This document shows, in pieces, positions 28,894 to 38,521 of a stretch of DNA of 64,000 nucleotides. This DNA comes from a virus. Its lineage: Duplodnaviria; Caudoviricetes. A program made the translations under genes and the position numbers. The notes beneath the pieces are model-generated. The model was not told the DNA's origin. It saw only the letters and a list, made by a program, of their open reading frames with translations, and searched no databases. Location: IMG/VR virus record IMGVR_UViG_3300005686_000008; one strand, given 5' to 3'. Position 1 is the stretch's first letter. Each line of letters opens with the position of its first letter.

Positions 28894-29952
28894 ATGCCTA
28901 TTCCGACAGCACAAATGGGATTTGTTGGTTCCGTAAGATTCAGCGGTGGGTCTATCGGTCAAGAAATCTTTGTAAGGGCTAAGTCCTGCGATATCAGAGC
29001 AAAGCAAGAAATTACATATCCAGACGTAGTTGATGGTCGTATTGATAGAACCCTCTACCAAGTTGGTCCCCGCATGGTTGATGGTTCTTGCGATTTTCCT
29101 CTTGTTCATGAAGGTATTCAGAATGGAACAGCAAAGGATTGCGGAGAGCCAACCGCAACATGCCAGACAAACCTAGCAAATCGTTTGTGGAGAATTGCTT
29201 CTCAAAGAGACTCGGTTGGTAGACTTATAAATCAGTTCAATGTTGATGTTCGCTATACCGATAATACCGCTTTTCGTTATCCTAACTGTATCATAAATAC
29301 AATGAGAATTAACGTTACGCAAGCAGATATTGTAAATATGAACTTTGGAGTTATAGGCGGAGCCAATGTAACTGATAACGTAAGAGAAGCTTTGACAACC
29401 GAAAGAGATCCAACTTTCCTTTCTCCTGCTCGTATTGTAACATGGAATGACTTTAGAATCAATATATTTGCTAGAGAAGAGTCTATTGTTGTTCCGGGTT
29501 CGTTTATTCGTTCGTTTGAAGTTACCCTAAACAACAATGCAGACCGTTTCTACACCTTGAATGGAAAACTTGTTCCTCAAGACATTACTGCTCGTAAGAG
29601 AACAATTGAGGGTAGTGTTGCTTTTATGGGTTTCGCAAATAAGCAGTTCCATGACTTTGTATATAATAACCAGAATCGCTTTACTTCTCAAACAAAGATT
29701 CAGTTTGGATACACTTTGGGCAGTTCCATTGTTCCTTATTGGGCAACGGCTCTTTGGGGAGTTATTTTCCAGATTGAAGAAGTCGCAATTTCTAATGACC
29801 TCATTGAAACTAGAATGCCGTTTAGCGCTCTTGGCGATTGCGAAAACGATTATGAGGCTATTGAAATCGGAGCTTGCAATACTTCTGTTGATAATTCTTC
29901 TAATACATTCGGAGGGCCAACGGCTCCTGGATATTTCTCGCCTCTTTCCTAA
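28894..29952 (+). CDS. Tail tube (major tail) protein
   Basis: VDGSCDFP, IRSFEVTLNNN, RKRTIEGSV tube-family pattern; precedes chaperones and tape measure. Confidence 0.75.
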   Translation: MPIPTAQMGFVGSVRFSGGSIGQEIFVRAKSCDIRAKQEITYPDVVDGRIDRTLYQVGPRMVDGSCDFPLVHEGIQNGTAKDCGEPTATCQTNLANRLWRIASQRDSVGRLINQFNVDVRYTDNTAFRYPNCIINTMRINVTQADIVNMNFGVIGGANVTDNVREALTTERDPTFLSPARIVTWNDFRINIFAREESIVVPGSFIRSFEVTLNNNADRFYTLNGKLVPQDITARKRTIEGSVAFMGFANKQFHDFVYNNQNRFTSQTKIQFGYTLGSSIVPYWATALWGVIFQIEEVAISNDLIETRMPFSALGDCENDYEAIEIGACNTSVDNSSNTFGGPTAPGYFSPLS

Positions 29953-29991
29953 GTGAAAGATTTGCATAAATGACGATATGTTCATAGGGCA

Positions 29992-30016
29992 ATGCCTTCG
30001 TTACAAACGAGGGCAT
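29992..30016 (+). other. Intergenic hairpin between tail tube and chaperone genes
   Basis: ATGCCTTCGTT-ACA-AACGAGGGCAT, extendable with G-U pairs to about 29971-30028. Confidence 0.55.
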
Positions 30017-30041
30017 GTTCTGTTGTCGCTAAGGAGGAATC

Positions 30042-30488
30042 ATGGCAAAGTCGTTAATTGTAGAAGAAGGGGAAAATCTCATACATATTCCTTTATACTA
30101 TCAAGCAAAAAAGAATAAGTACGGAGTTCTTCAGTATAAAATACTGTCAGACGAGGAAGGTAAGAAGCTTGTTGAGAAAAAAGATGAAAGCGTTGATATT
30201 CTAAATACTAAATGGATAAGTCCAACGTGGAAGTCTAATAATACAATTGTAAGATCATCTACTTATTATAATCCATCTGACGGTACAAATAGAATAGATT
30301 GGTCAAAGTATCAAGACAATGTTTTTAGAAACTGTTTGAGAGAATGGGATGTTGTTGATGGAGAAGGAAAGCCCATTCCGGTTAATTCTGATACAATAGG
30401 ATCTCTGCCTTCTATTATCGCAAGCGCATTGCTTGAGAAGTACGATAAGAGTATTTCGATAGACGAGGACGAGAAAAAAAAATCATAA
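30042..30488 (+). CDS. Tail assembly chaperone (gpG-like)
   Basis: Position between tube and tape measure; CLREWDVVDGEGKPIP; ends in an A9 slippery run. Confidence 0.75.
   Translation: MAKSLIVEEGENLIHIPLYYQAKKNKYGVLQYKILSDEEGKKLVEKKDESVDILNTKWISPTWKSNNTIVRSSTYYNPSDGTNRIDWSKYQDNVFRNCLREWDVVDGEGKPIPVNSDTIGSLPSIIASALLEKYDKSISIDEDEKKKS
30474..30482 (+). other. Programmed -1 ribosomal frameshift site (A AAA AAA)
   Basis: GAG AAA AAA AAA TCA TAA; the -1 frame is open from 30482 to 30715. Confidence 0.8.
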
Positions 30489-30715
30489 CTGATGCGGCAA
30501 ACTTGCTTAGCGGCAAAGATATAGATGAAAGTCTGCACGAATCGATCAAAGAACATTTGCTTGCATCAGAATATGGATGGTCTCTTGAATATATTAGGTC
30601 TTTGGATATTCGAGACATGAAAATTCACACAATGGTGTGTTTGATGAAAAAGAAAATAGAACAAAAACAGATGGAATCATTTGCAGGACTAAATGCGATA
30701 AGGAGAATGGTATGA
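30482..30715 (+). CDS. Frameshift extension (gpT-like part of the GT chaperone)
   Basis: IITDAANLLSG..LASEYGWSLEYIRSL in the -1 frame; no RBS or ATG of its own. Confidence 0.75.
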   Translation: MITDAANLLSGKDIDESLHESIKEHLLASEYGWSLEYIRSLDIRDMKIHTMVCLMKKKIEQKQMESFAGLNAIRRMV

Positions 30716-31116
30716 GTATTTTTGTTGGTAAAGACGAAGAAATTGTTGTTGAAGTATATACTATCGAGGTCAATGGCATTCATTTTTGTTGGACAAAAAA
30801 TGGTAAGGGGACTAAACCGGATGGAGTAACAGAAACCTCTGATGGTGTAAAGTCATACAAAGTGTTTTTCAGAATTCCAACATATCGAGATACGATAGAT
30901 TTTGTAGATACTGGTATACAGTTTTCCCCTAATGGAGATTTCAAGGTTTCTTCAGGAGCTGTATCGTTTTATAGGTTTGTAAAGCTATTGAAGTCTTGGA
31001 CCTTTGAAGATGCTCAGGGAGAGCCTATTCCTGCTAATCAAGAAATGGTTTCGTTGCTAAATCCTAAGCTTGCTCAATGTATAAATGCTGACCTTGAAGA
31101 GCAGTTACCTCAGTAA
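30712..31116 (+). CDS. Second tail-assembly-chaperone paralogue
   Basis: AAGGAG RBS before ATG 30712; LKSWTFEDAQGEPIP matches the 30042 motif. Confidence 0.65.
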   Translation: MSIFVGKDEEIVVEVYTIEVNGIHFCWTKNGKGTKPDGVTETSDGVKSYKVFFRIPTYRDTIDFVDTGIQFSPNGDFKVSSGAVSFYRFVKLLKSWTFEDAQGEPIPANQEMVSLLNPKLAQCINADLEEQLPQ

Positions 31117-31197
31117 GTTAGGTAAGCGTTTGCATCCAAGACTTTTGTGCTGGCTAAACTTTCTTGTAACTTCTGCATAGAGTAGATGGATTAGGAG

Positions 31198-31821
31198 ATG
31201 AAAATGCTCTACGAAACAGAAGGTTTAGAGAGAAAAGCATTAGGGCTATCTGGCCGAGTTTTTCCTTCGCCTCTCAATTTCCTGTTGGTTGTATTGAGGA
31301 TTGAGTTGTGGCTTTTTGTTTTTGGCATTATTGTTTGTGTTGCCAAGGGTCTTCTTTGGGGATTGTGGGATGGACATGGATTTTTGGCTTCATTGAACAG
31401 CGGTTTGTTACCGTTGGTGATTCCAACAGGTATATTGGTTATTTACTTTATTTTCATATGCCTTATGCCTGAGGTTTTGAGACTTATTCTTACAATCCCA
31501 ATACTAACGTACATGCTTCATTTTGTTTTCTTTTTTGGAATACCTGAATCTGGTCATTTTAGCGGAAATGAACAAAAGATTGGTATTGTGGAATCTTCTC
31601 GTTCAGCGGCTATTGAAACTAGGGATTTGTATAATAAGGCGATTGATAATCCGAACGGTCCAGAGGCGGAAATCGTTGCTAGGTGGAAGTCTTATAATCC
31701 CGGGAAAACATACGAATCTTACATTGTTGAACTTGAACAAAAGGCTAATAAAGAGGCCGAACAAGCCAAAAAAATCGAAGAGAGTCATGGCCTGTTTTTT
31801 AGGTTCTTATTTAGGGATTAG
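31198..31821 (+). CDS. Membrane protein (about 3 TM segments + soluble C-terminus)
   Basis: Long hydrophobic stretches; AGGAG RBS; followed by a terminator. Confidence 0.7.
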   Translation: MKMLYETEGLERKALGLSGRVFPSPLNFLLVVLRIELWLFVFGIIVCVAKGLLWGLWDGHGFLASLNSGLLPLVIPTGILVIYFIFICLMPEVLRLILTIPILTYMLHFVFFFGIPESGHFSGNEQKIGIVESSRSAAIETRDLYNKAIDNPNGPEAEIVARWKSYNPGKTYESYIVELEQKANKEAEQAKKIEESHGLFFRFLFRD

Positions 31822-31847
31822 TTTTCTAGAATAGAATATGGCATTTT

Positions 31848-31881
31848 GAGACCGTACAATTCAAGGATTGTACGGTTTTTT
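31848..31881 (+). terminator. Rho-independent terminator
   Basis: ACCGTACAATT-CAAG-GATTGTACGGT followed by a T run. Confidence 0.75.
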
Positions 31882-31918
31882 CTTGTAATAAGTGTTTATC
31901 ATAGGACGATAAACACTT

Positions 31919-34657
31919 ATGCCATTTGATCCAAACAATTTACCCAAAAACATAAAAGAGATTCATGCTAGGCTAGTTGTACAGTGTGGCGCTGTAAAAG
32001 CGCAAGAGATGATTGAGTCTCTTGATAAGATTGATGACTCTTTTAGGAAAGCCCATCCAAAGGTAAGAGCATTTGAAGATGCAGTGAATTCTTTAGGTAG
32101 GGCATTTAGAACGGTATCTTCTCCCGTTATCGCATTTGCTGGAGCTATAAATGCTCCAACATTGAGTCTAGAAAAAGCCGTACAGATGAATCTGAAATAC
32201 AGAGATTCTGTGGTTCAGAATATGGCTATTCTACAAAGATTTGGAACAACGCTTGGTCAGTATAAGGGTAGAATTGAAGATCTTAGAAAAACGTACAATA
32301 TGAGCTATGATGACGCCATGAAGCTAAATGCTTCTTTGGAAAAGTCTTTTAGTCTCAAAGATCCTGGTAATCTAAATAAGTATTTAGAGGCAGTTAGAAA
32401 AACTGTCGGCAATAACATTAATGCAATGAATGAATTTAGGTCTACGATAGAAGGGACTATTAAGAGTAATCCTTTCTTGCAAGATATGTTAGAAGGCGGA
32501 AATATAGAAGCGGCAAAACAACTTGCTTCTGCATTGCAGGCTAGCGGTCAAATAGATTATGACACATACAAGAGTTTTCAAGCTATGGCTTTGGCTCAGG
32601 AACGATCTCCCGGAGAGCAGTCAGCTCTAGATTCTGAACAAAAGCCGGCAATATATGCAAGAAAAATGGCTGCTGCTATGGAAACCGGAGCAATGAAGGC
32701 CGGTAAAGAAACTGTAGATGCTATAACAAAAGGTATAGATAACTGGGCTGGAGGAATAGATAAGGTTTCTGCTGCTCTTGAGAAAATGAATCATCATTTG
32801 ACAATTGCTAGCGGGATAGTGTCTTCTATTCTTTCTGTTGTTGGCGGCATGACTTCTTTGCTGTCTCTTAGAAAACTAGGACCATTATTTAGAATGTTAG
32901 GTGTTGGAGGAAGGGCTGCCGGAGCTGCTGGGGCCGCTGGTGCTGCCGGGTCTGCTGGAGCCGCGACCGGCGCTGGTGGTGCGGTTTCCGGTGGCGGGAT
33001 ATTGGCAGGCCTTGGGACCGGAGCAGCTATTACCGCTACTGCTGCTGCTGCTTTTGGAGTTGGATATGGAATAGAAAATCTCGCAGAAAGAGCTTTGGGC
33101 GGAAAAGATTTTGCAGGAAATGCATTTAATGAAAATGCAAAGTATGCTGAAATGGCGGCTAAAGAAGCAGATCCAGTTAGAAAATTGAAGATGCAACTTT
33201 CTCTACTTGAAGCTAAGGCAGAAAAGGAAAAGTTTGATAAAGCATCAAGCATGTTTGGCAGATGGAGAACAATAGAGGCTAGCGATGAAACTAATATTGC
33301 AATTAATCAAGCAAGACAACAATTGTCTGCTTTGCAGGTAAAAGAAGAAGAAAAAATAGTTGAACAAAAGAAAATACAAGAAAAAGTTGATGGAGATATC
33401 AATAATCAACTTGAAAGACAAAAATTAACAACGCAGATAATCTCAAGACAAGTTGAAATGTCAACTAGATTATTAAGTTCTCAGATTACAATATATGGTA
33501 AAGCTGGTGATGTTGGTGCAGTTAGAGGGTCAATTGAGGAAAATAATAAACAGTTAGAAAGGCAAGAAAATATTCTTAAAGAAAGAATGTCTCTTCTTGA
33601 AAAGCAAAGGACAGGCATACAACCAGATAATGAACAGGCTCTTTTTGAAAATGAAGCAGCTATGAATGAAATTCGAACTCAAATGAACGAAATCATTGAG
33701 AAGAAAAATAAGAATATACAAGAATCTATAAGTGCTAATCAGCCTCAAATTGAACAGCTTGAAAGGCAAGTTTCTATAGCAGAAGCGTATGTCTCGTTGT
33801 TGGACAGCGCTGGCGCTGGATTGAAGGCTCAGGTTGGAACAAGGCAACAAGTCAACGACTTGATTTCGCAAGAGCTTGAAATGATAAAGGCTCAAGATGT
33901 TGAATCTCAGAAGGAAATGACTCGTCTTCAAGCTAAACTAGCCATTGCTCCTCCTGAAGAAAGAGCAGGAATCGAAAGAGAAATTTACGATGTACAGAAA
34001 AAGATATATGAAAATAGACAAAAAGAAGTTTCTCTTGTTCAAAAGCAGACTGATTTAAATAAATCTATGAGAGAAGGATGGATTAGTGCCATTCAGGCAA
34101 TGACTACTGGCGCTGGTGTTTTCACTAGAATTATTATTAATCAACAAAAAGGCCTTGGTAATTTGGCATTTGGAAGGCCTGATAGGATTAAGGCTCTTGC
34201 TCTTGGTGGTACAACTGGAGGAAGAACGTCTTCTGCGCAGTGGACTGCTGGCGGATTTACAGAAGGTACGCCAGGAGAATATGAACAAGATGTTCTTTCT
34301 CAATATGGTATTTCGGCATTGAATGGCATGCAGGGAAATGCAAGAGCATTAATGCGATGGCAAGCGGAAAAGGGTTCTAAAATATCTCCTGCTGCCGCTA
34401 CATTTGGAGTTGGCCCGCAAGGAACTGGCGAGATAACAGGGATTAGCGAAGAAGGTCTTACTAAGATGTCTTCAGCAATAGGCGACGGAGTTAAAGAGGG
34501 TGTAAATAAAGCTCTTGAAAATAAATCGCCAAATGCCAACAAGTTTGTTATTACCGAAGAAGACTTAGAGAAGATAAAAGGTTCGTTTGTCGATGCTTTC
34601 TCTAAGATTGGAACTGAAATTATTACTGAGACTATGAAGCGTATTAAGGAGCATTAA
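31919..34657 (+). CDS. Tape measure protein
   Basis: 912 aa, helical/coiled-coil, central hydrophobic and Ala/Gly-rich segment; follows chaperones. Confidence 0.75.
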   Translation: MPFDPNNLPKNIKEIHARLVVQCGAVKAQEMIESLDKIDDSFRKAHPKVRAFEDAVNSLGRAFRTVSSPVIAFAGAINAPTLSLEKAVQMNLKYRDSVVQNMAILQRFGTTLGQYKGRIEDLRKTYNMSYDDAMKLNASLEKSFSLKDPGNLNKYLEAVRKTVGNNINAMNEFRSTIEGTIKSNPFLQDMLEGGNIEAAKQLASALQASGQIDYDTYKSFQAMALAQERSPGEQSALDSEQKPAIYARKMAAAMETGAMKAGKETVDAITKGIDNWAGGIDKVSAALEKMNHHLTIASGIVSSILSVVGGMTSLLSLRKLGPLFRMLGVGGRAAGAAGAAGAAGSAGAATGAGGAVSGGGILAGLGTGAAITATAAAAFGVGYGIENLAERALGGKDFAGNAFNENAKYAEMAAKEADPVRKLKMQLSLLEAKAEKEKFDKASSMFGRWRTIEASDETNIAINQARQQLSALQVKEEEKIVEQKKIQEKVDGDINNQLERQKLTTQIISRQVEMSTRLLSSQITIYGKAGDVGAVRGSIEENNKQLERQENILKERMSLLEKQRTGIQPDNEQALFENEAAMNEIRTQMNEIIEKKNKNIQESISANQPQIEQLERQVSIAEAYVSLLDSAGAGLKAQVGTRQQVNDLISQELEMIKAQDVESQKEMTRLQAKLAIAPPEERAGIEREIYDVQKKIYENRQKEVSLVQKQTDLNKSMREGWISAIQAMTTGAGVFTRIIINQQKGLGNLAFGRPDRIKALALGGTTGGRTSSAQWTAGGFTEGTPGEYEQDVLSQYGISALNGMQGNARALMRWQAEKGSKISPAAATFGVGPQGTGEITGISEEGLTKMSSAIGDGVKEGVNKALENKSPNANKFVITEEDLEKIKGSFVDAFSKIGTEIITETMKRIKEH

Positions 34658-34660
34658 AGA

Positions 34661-37600
34661 GTGTCTAATGTTTGCTTAGGCAATCTACTCCCTAGTAGCG
34701 TCCTTGCGTATGATAATATAGATCTTATTCCCAATGGATACATTCCGGAAGTAGGAACAACAGCAAGGCCTCGTACTAGGAACGCTGGCGGACAAGTGAT
34801 TTCCTCCAGAGAGACAATACGCCTATTGCCGGCAGACCGATTATATGCAGAGTTTTGGTATGGGGTTAGTTCTCGTATTACTGGAACTAATTTGCGAGAT
34901 GCAGGACAAGGGGCTTTTGATGCTCTTGGATTCTTAGGCGGCGGTGCTGGCGCTGTTATTGGCGGAGCATTAGCGTGTACTCTTACTGGCGATTCGGAAA
35001 GAACAATATCAAGATGGGTTTTCCATGTATGCGATGCTGAAAGCAAACTTAATAGAGAATATATTTTAACCCAAGAAAATATAGATTCTAAAACTATAAC
35101 TTTGCCAGATTATATAGAAGGCGTTCTTGGTGTAACAAAGGCTCCAATTGAATTTGTAACCCCAACAACTCCTTTAACTTCAGAACAAATGGCTCAGGCA
35201 AAGGCGATTCCTTCTGATGAGGTTGAAGCTCGTCTTGGTAGAAGAGTCGCTCCCGATCAGCTTACTGATAGCGATATGAGAATTCTTCTTGGGTTAGGCG
35301 ATTTGAATGAACTTGAGAATTTGGGGAATTCTAATGGAGCCATTAGGGGTTGGCCTCAGACTGCTGAAGGACAGATTCAGGCCGAGTACACGAATTATTC
35401 ATACTCGGATAGTTCTAATTTGTTTGTTCGAATTGTTAGGGATTCTAGGAAAAATTTGTATAGAGCAGATAATGAGTTTGATAGGGCAAATGGTCATTGC
35501 TTTTGGAATGGAAGCACTGATGATTTGACTGATAAGGTTATTGAGTTCAATCTTCAGGAGACAGTAGACCCTAATCTTGAAGGCCCTCCGCTCCCTCCAC
35601 TCAAAGCTGGTGATAAGGTTTATATTTCGTATGCTGCGGCTATTAAGCCGTTATTTAGGCATGCAACAGAGAATATAACTAACTTTTTTCTTTTCCCCGA
35701 TCAAAGCGCATATCAACTTCCTCCTCTTGATAAGGTAAAGGGGTGGAATTTCAAGAAGTTTGAGTTCAAAGTTAGAAAGAAAGAGAGCGAAAGATGCGTT
35801 CTTGCTGATATTGTTCATGATGACGAGATATTGAGACAAATCAGTTCTGTTCAGTCTGATGGATTTTTGAGCGCTTCTGAAAAAGCGAAGAGAATCGCTA
35901 AATTAAGAAGCGAAATCATTCTTACTAGTATAGAAGGACAAAGGCTTGTTGAGAGCAAACTTGAGAAGGCGCAAAGAGTTCCTTTTATAAAAGGTTGTTA
36001 TTTTGCTGATTCTAGAGGAATATTATCTTTGGATTTGAGGGGCGGAACTGGTCAGCCAAGTCTTATTATTGCAAGGAATGATATCAGAGATCAAGGTTGG
36101 TTTGATAGTTTACTTCAGGACTTGCAATCTTCTGCTCCGGGAGCTTTTGATGAGAATGGAGAAATTCTTCTTTCGTCGGCAAACGATTTATTGTTTGATG
36201 ATTTTTTGTTTGATATAAGCGACCATGTAAACATGGCGCTGTATGATAATGAAAAGTATGGATATGAGAGAAGATTTGCAAATGCTATTGCGGCATGTTC
36301 TTCTTTTGTTCAAGATAAGAATGGAACAGGAGTTGGAATCCCCAATTTGGATTTCGTAAAAAATCAGACTCCTGGAAGAGACTCATACGATCTTTCATCA
36401 GCTAAGTTTACTTCAGTTCCTATGCAGGGGTCGGCGACTCTTTCCACTTGTAATGTGGTGTTTGTTTATGATTTTGGTTTTTGCACAAGAGGAACGATAC
36501 GAGCTGATATGTTGTTGAGAACTCCGTTTTTTATGAATCAACTAACTACAAAATCAAGAATATATGTAGAAAAGTTTCAGGCGCAAAATCCGCTTACGAG
36601 AGATGGCGGAATATTTGTTGGTACTAGGATTTCTTCAGATGAAAAATATTCTGTAACAACTGACCCCAAAAACTACTATGGTTGTCTTGTATATCCAGAT
36701 TCTAATAATGGAACCACAAACTTTAGAATATTCAATAATGGAACTTTGGAAAGAGAGTTTCAAACACTAAAGAGATCTGAACCTCAATCTTCTGGCCATT
36801 CTCTTCCTGCGATAGATTCTAGTTTGACGGAAGAAAGCATAAAATATGGCGGTTATGACGGTATTTTGGGAGATCAGCCCGGATACTTCAAAGGAATTGA
36901 AATTACTAAGGATAAAGCCGCTATTCTAATGGGTAAAGACCTGTTCTCATCTGTAAAAACGGATAATCTTGCGTTTACAGTAGAAGAGTCATCAGGAAGA
37001 TTAAATGTTACAGGAATACCCGGTAGGAGAATGAGAAAAGTTACACTAAGATATACTCCTTCCAAGAAGTTTGTAGAACAAGATGAAAGGATAATTGCTT
37101 TTGTTTTCCCGGGTTCAAAAAATGTAATAGACAATATTGGAATTGCTTATCAGGGACCGCATTCAGAAAGAGAAAGAGTAATATGCGTAACAACAAAGTA
37201 TATTCCTCTTGAAAACTGGTTTGTGGATGGTGAAATCTTAAAAGAAATGACGGTTACTGCTATAGAAGTTGATTCTGTAGAAGAAGAGTTTTATCAGAAA
37301 TATAAGGTGTCAACAAACGCCGTTAGCACTTGTTTTAATTCAAGAGGCGATTGGCTTGTATTTTATGAGGATGAAAATGGCGGCGATGGAGATTTATCCA
37401 AAGGCGGAGCAAATGCTGATGGAAGTCATTTGGTCGGTCCATTTGAGGACGGAGCGATGCCTGGATTGCAAGATAAATCAGATAAAGAAATATCTTGTTT
37501 ACTTTCTCCGGATAGGGGAAGAACATGGTATGATTTCAAAGGCATTGTAAGAACTATTGTTGGAGATGAAGTTGGAAATCCTGTCGCTGTTTCTGATATA

Positions 37601-38518
37601 ATAGGTAATAAAGTTCATTTGTTTTATACTCTCAATAACTCTCTTATGCATAAGATAATACAGTGTAATGATTTTCAATATGATGATGCATTTTTAGCGT
37701 ATAAGAGACCTAATAGCATAAATGCGCAAACTCTAGTTTCGTATGGATTGTATCATTTTTCTTCATTTGGTATAAGAATGAGAGAGTCGGTAAGTTCTGT
37801 TGTTGTTGGAAATATGGATGATAACTATATAAAATCGCAGATTCTCCTAAATGAAGAAATGAAAAGCTTGAAGAGGTATGATTATAGGATAACTATTTCT
37901 GGCGATTCGGCAAATTATACGCAGGGTTTTCCGGATGTTGATTTTGTTTCTTATAGGGATTCATCTGGTCAGTTGAAAGTTATATTTGTAAGCGGAGGAA
38001 AGATTCATTGTAGAGGAAGTTCTGATGAAGGGTTTTCTTGGTTTGAGTTTATTGATGATGGTATGTATATTCATAAGAATAGTTCGATACAAGAGTTGAA
38101 GCCTGTTTACTTTTTAGGATATGCTGTGGATACGCAATTGCAGAAAATGTATTTGACATATCAAGTTGATGGTATGTTATTTGTGAGAAAGTTTGATGCA
38201 GGAGCATCCGTAACTTCTACCATGCAAATGAAAGATATCCTTGACCCTGATGTAGGAAGTAGCAAACCAGTATTTGTTGTTGGTTCTTTGAGTCCAGAAG
38301 TAAAGACTGCGTTGAAAAACAAGGAAGAAGAGATTGTTTTCCCGTATAAAGATATGGACGTTTTCGGTGGCAATTATGCAATATCCGAAACCCCGTCTCT
38401 GGGATATTCTACGGCTGGCGGTCTTTTGAGATTGTTCTATAAGGATGCCTCTGGTAATTTTAGAGCTTTTTCGTATCCAGAAACCCCTATATTAGATATA
38501 ACTTATGGGAAACCTTGA
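34661..38518 (+). CDS. Large tail-tip/baseplate protein with C-terminal Asp-box propeller
   Basis: 1285 aa; SPDRGRTW and SSDEGFSW; position after tape measure. Confidence 0.55.
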   Translation: MSNVCLGNLLPSSVLAYDNIDLIPNGYIPEVGTTARPRTRNAGGQVISSRETIRLLPADRLYAEFWYGVSSRITGTNLRDAGQGAFDALGFLGGGAGAVIGGALACTLTGDSERTISRWVFHVCDAESKLNREYILTQENIDSKTITLPDYIEGVLGVTKAPIEFVTPTTPLTSEQMAQAKAIPSDEVEARLGRRVAPDQLTDSDMRILLGLGDLNELENLGNSNGAIRGWPQTAEGQIQAEYTNYSYSDSSNLFVRIVRDSRKNLYRADNEFDRANGHCFWNGSTDDLTDKVIEFNLQETVDPNLEGPPLPPLKAGDKVYISYAAAIKPLFRHATENITNFFLFPDQSAYQLPPLDKVKGWNFKKFEFKVRKKESERCVLADIVHDDEILRQISSVQSDGFLSASEKAKRIAKLRSEIILTSIEGQRLVESKLEKAQRVPFIKGCYFADSRGILSLDLRGGTGQPSLIIARNDIRDQGWFDSLLQDLQSSAPGAFDENGEILLSSANDLLFDDFLFDISDHVNMALYDNEKYGYERRFANAIAACSSFVQDKNGTGVGIPNLDFVKNQTPGRDSYDLSSAKFTSVPMQGSATLSTCNVVFVYDFGFCTRGTIRADMLLRTPFFMNQLTTKSRIYVEKFQAQNPLTRDGGIFVGTRISSDEKYSVTTDPKNYYGCLVYPDSNNGTTNFRIFNNGTLEREFQTLKRSEPQSSGHSLPAIDSSLTEESIKYGGYDGILGDQPGYFKGIEITKDKAAILMGKDLFSSVKTDNLAFTVEESSGRLNVTGIPGRRMRKVTLRYTPSKKFVEQDERIIAFVFPGSKNVIDNIGIAYQGPHSERERVICVTTKYIPLENWFVDGEILKEMTVTAIEVDSVEEEFYQKYKVSTNAVSTCFNSRGDWLVFYEDENGGDGDLSKGGANADGSHLVGPFEDGAMPGLQDKSDKEISCLLSPDRGRTWYDFKGIVRTIVGDEVGNPVAVSDIIGNKVHLFYTLNNSLMHKIIQCNDFQYDDAFLAYKRPNSINAQTLVSYGLYHFSSFGIRMRESVSSVVVGNMDDNYIKSQILLNEEMKSLKRYDYRITISGDSANYTQGFPDVDFVSYRDSSGQLKVIFVSGGKIHCRGSSDEGFSWFEFIDDGMYIHKNSSIQELKPVYFLGYAVDTQLQKMYLTYQVDGMLFVRKFDAGASVTSTMQMKDILDPDVGSSKPVFVVGSLSPEVKTALKNKEEEIVFPYKDMDVFGGNYAISETPSLGYSTAGGLLRLFYKDASGNFRAFSYPETPILDITYGKP

Positions 38519-38521
38519 AAA

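Noticed and set aside
31128-31160. Sigma70 promoter TTGCAT...TAAACT before the membrane gene
   Set aside because: The 19-nt spacing is off-consensus; not supportable.
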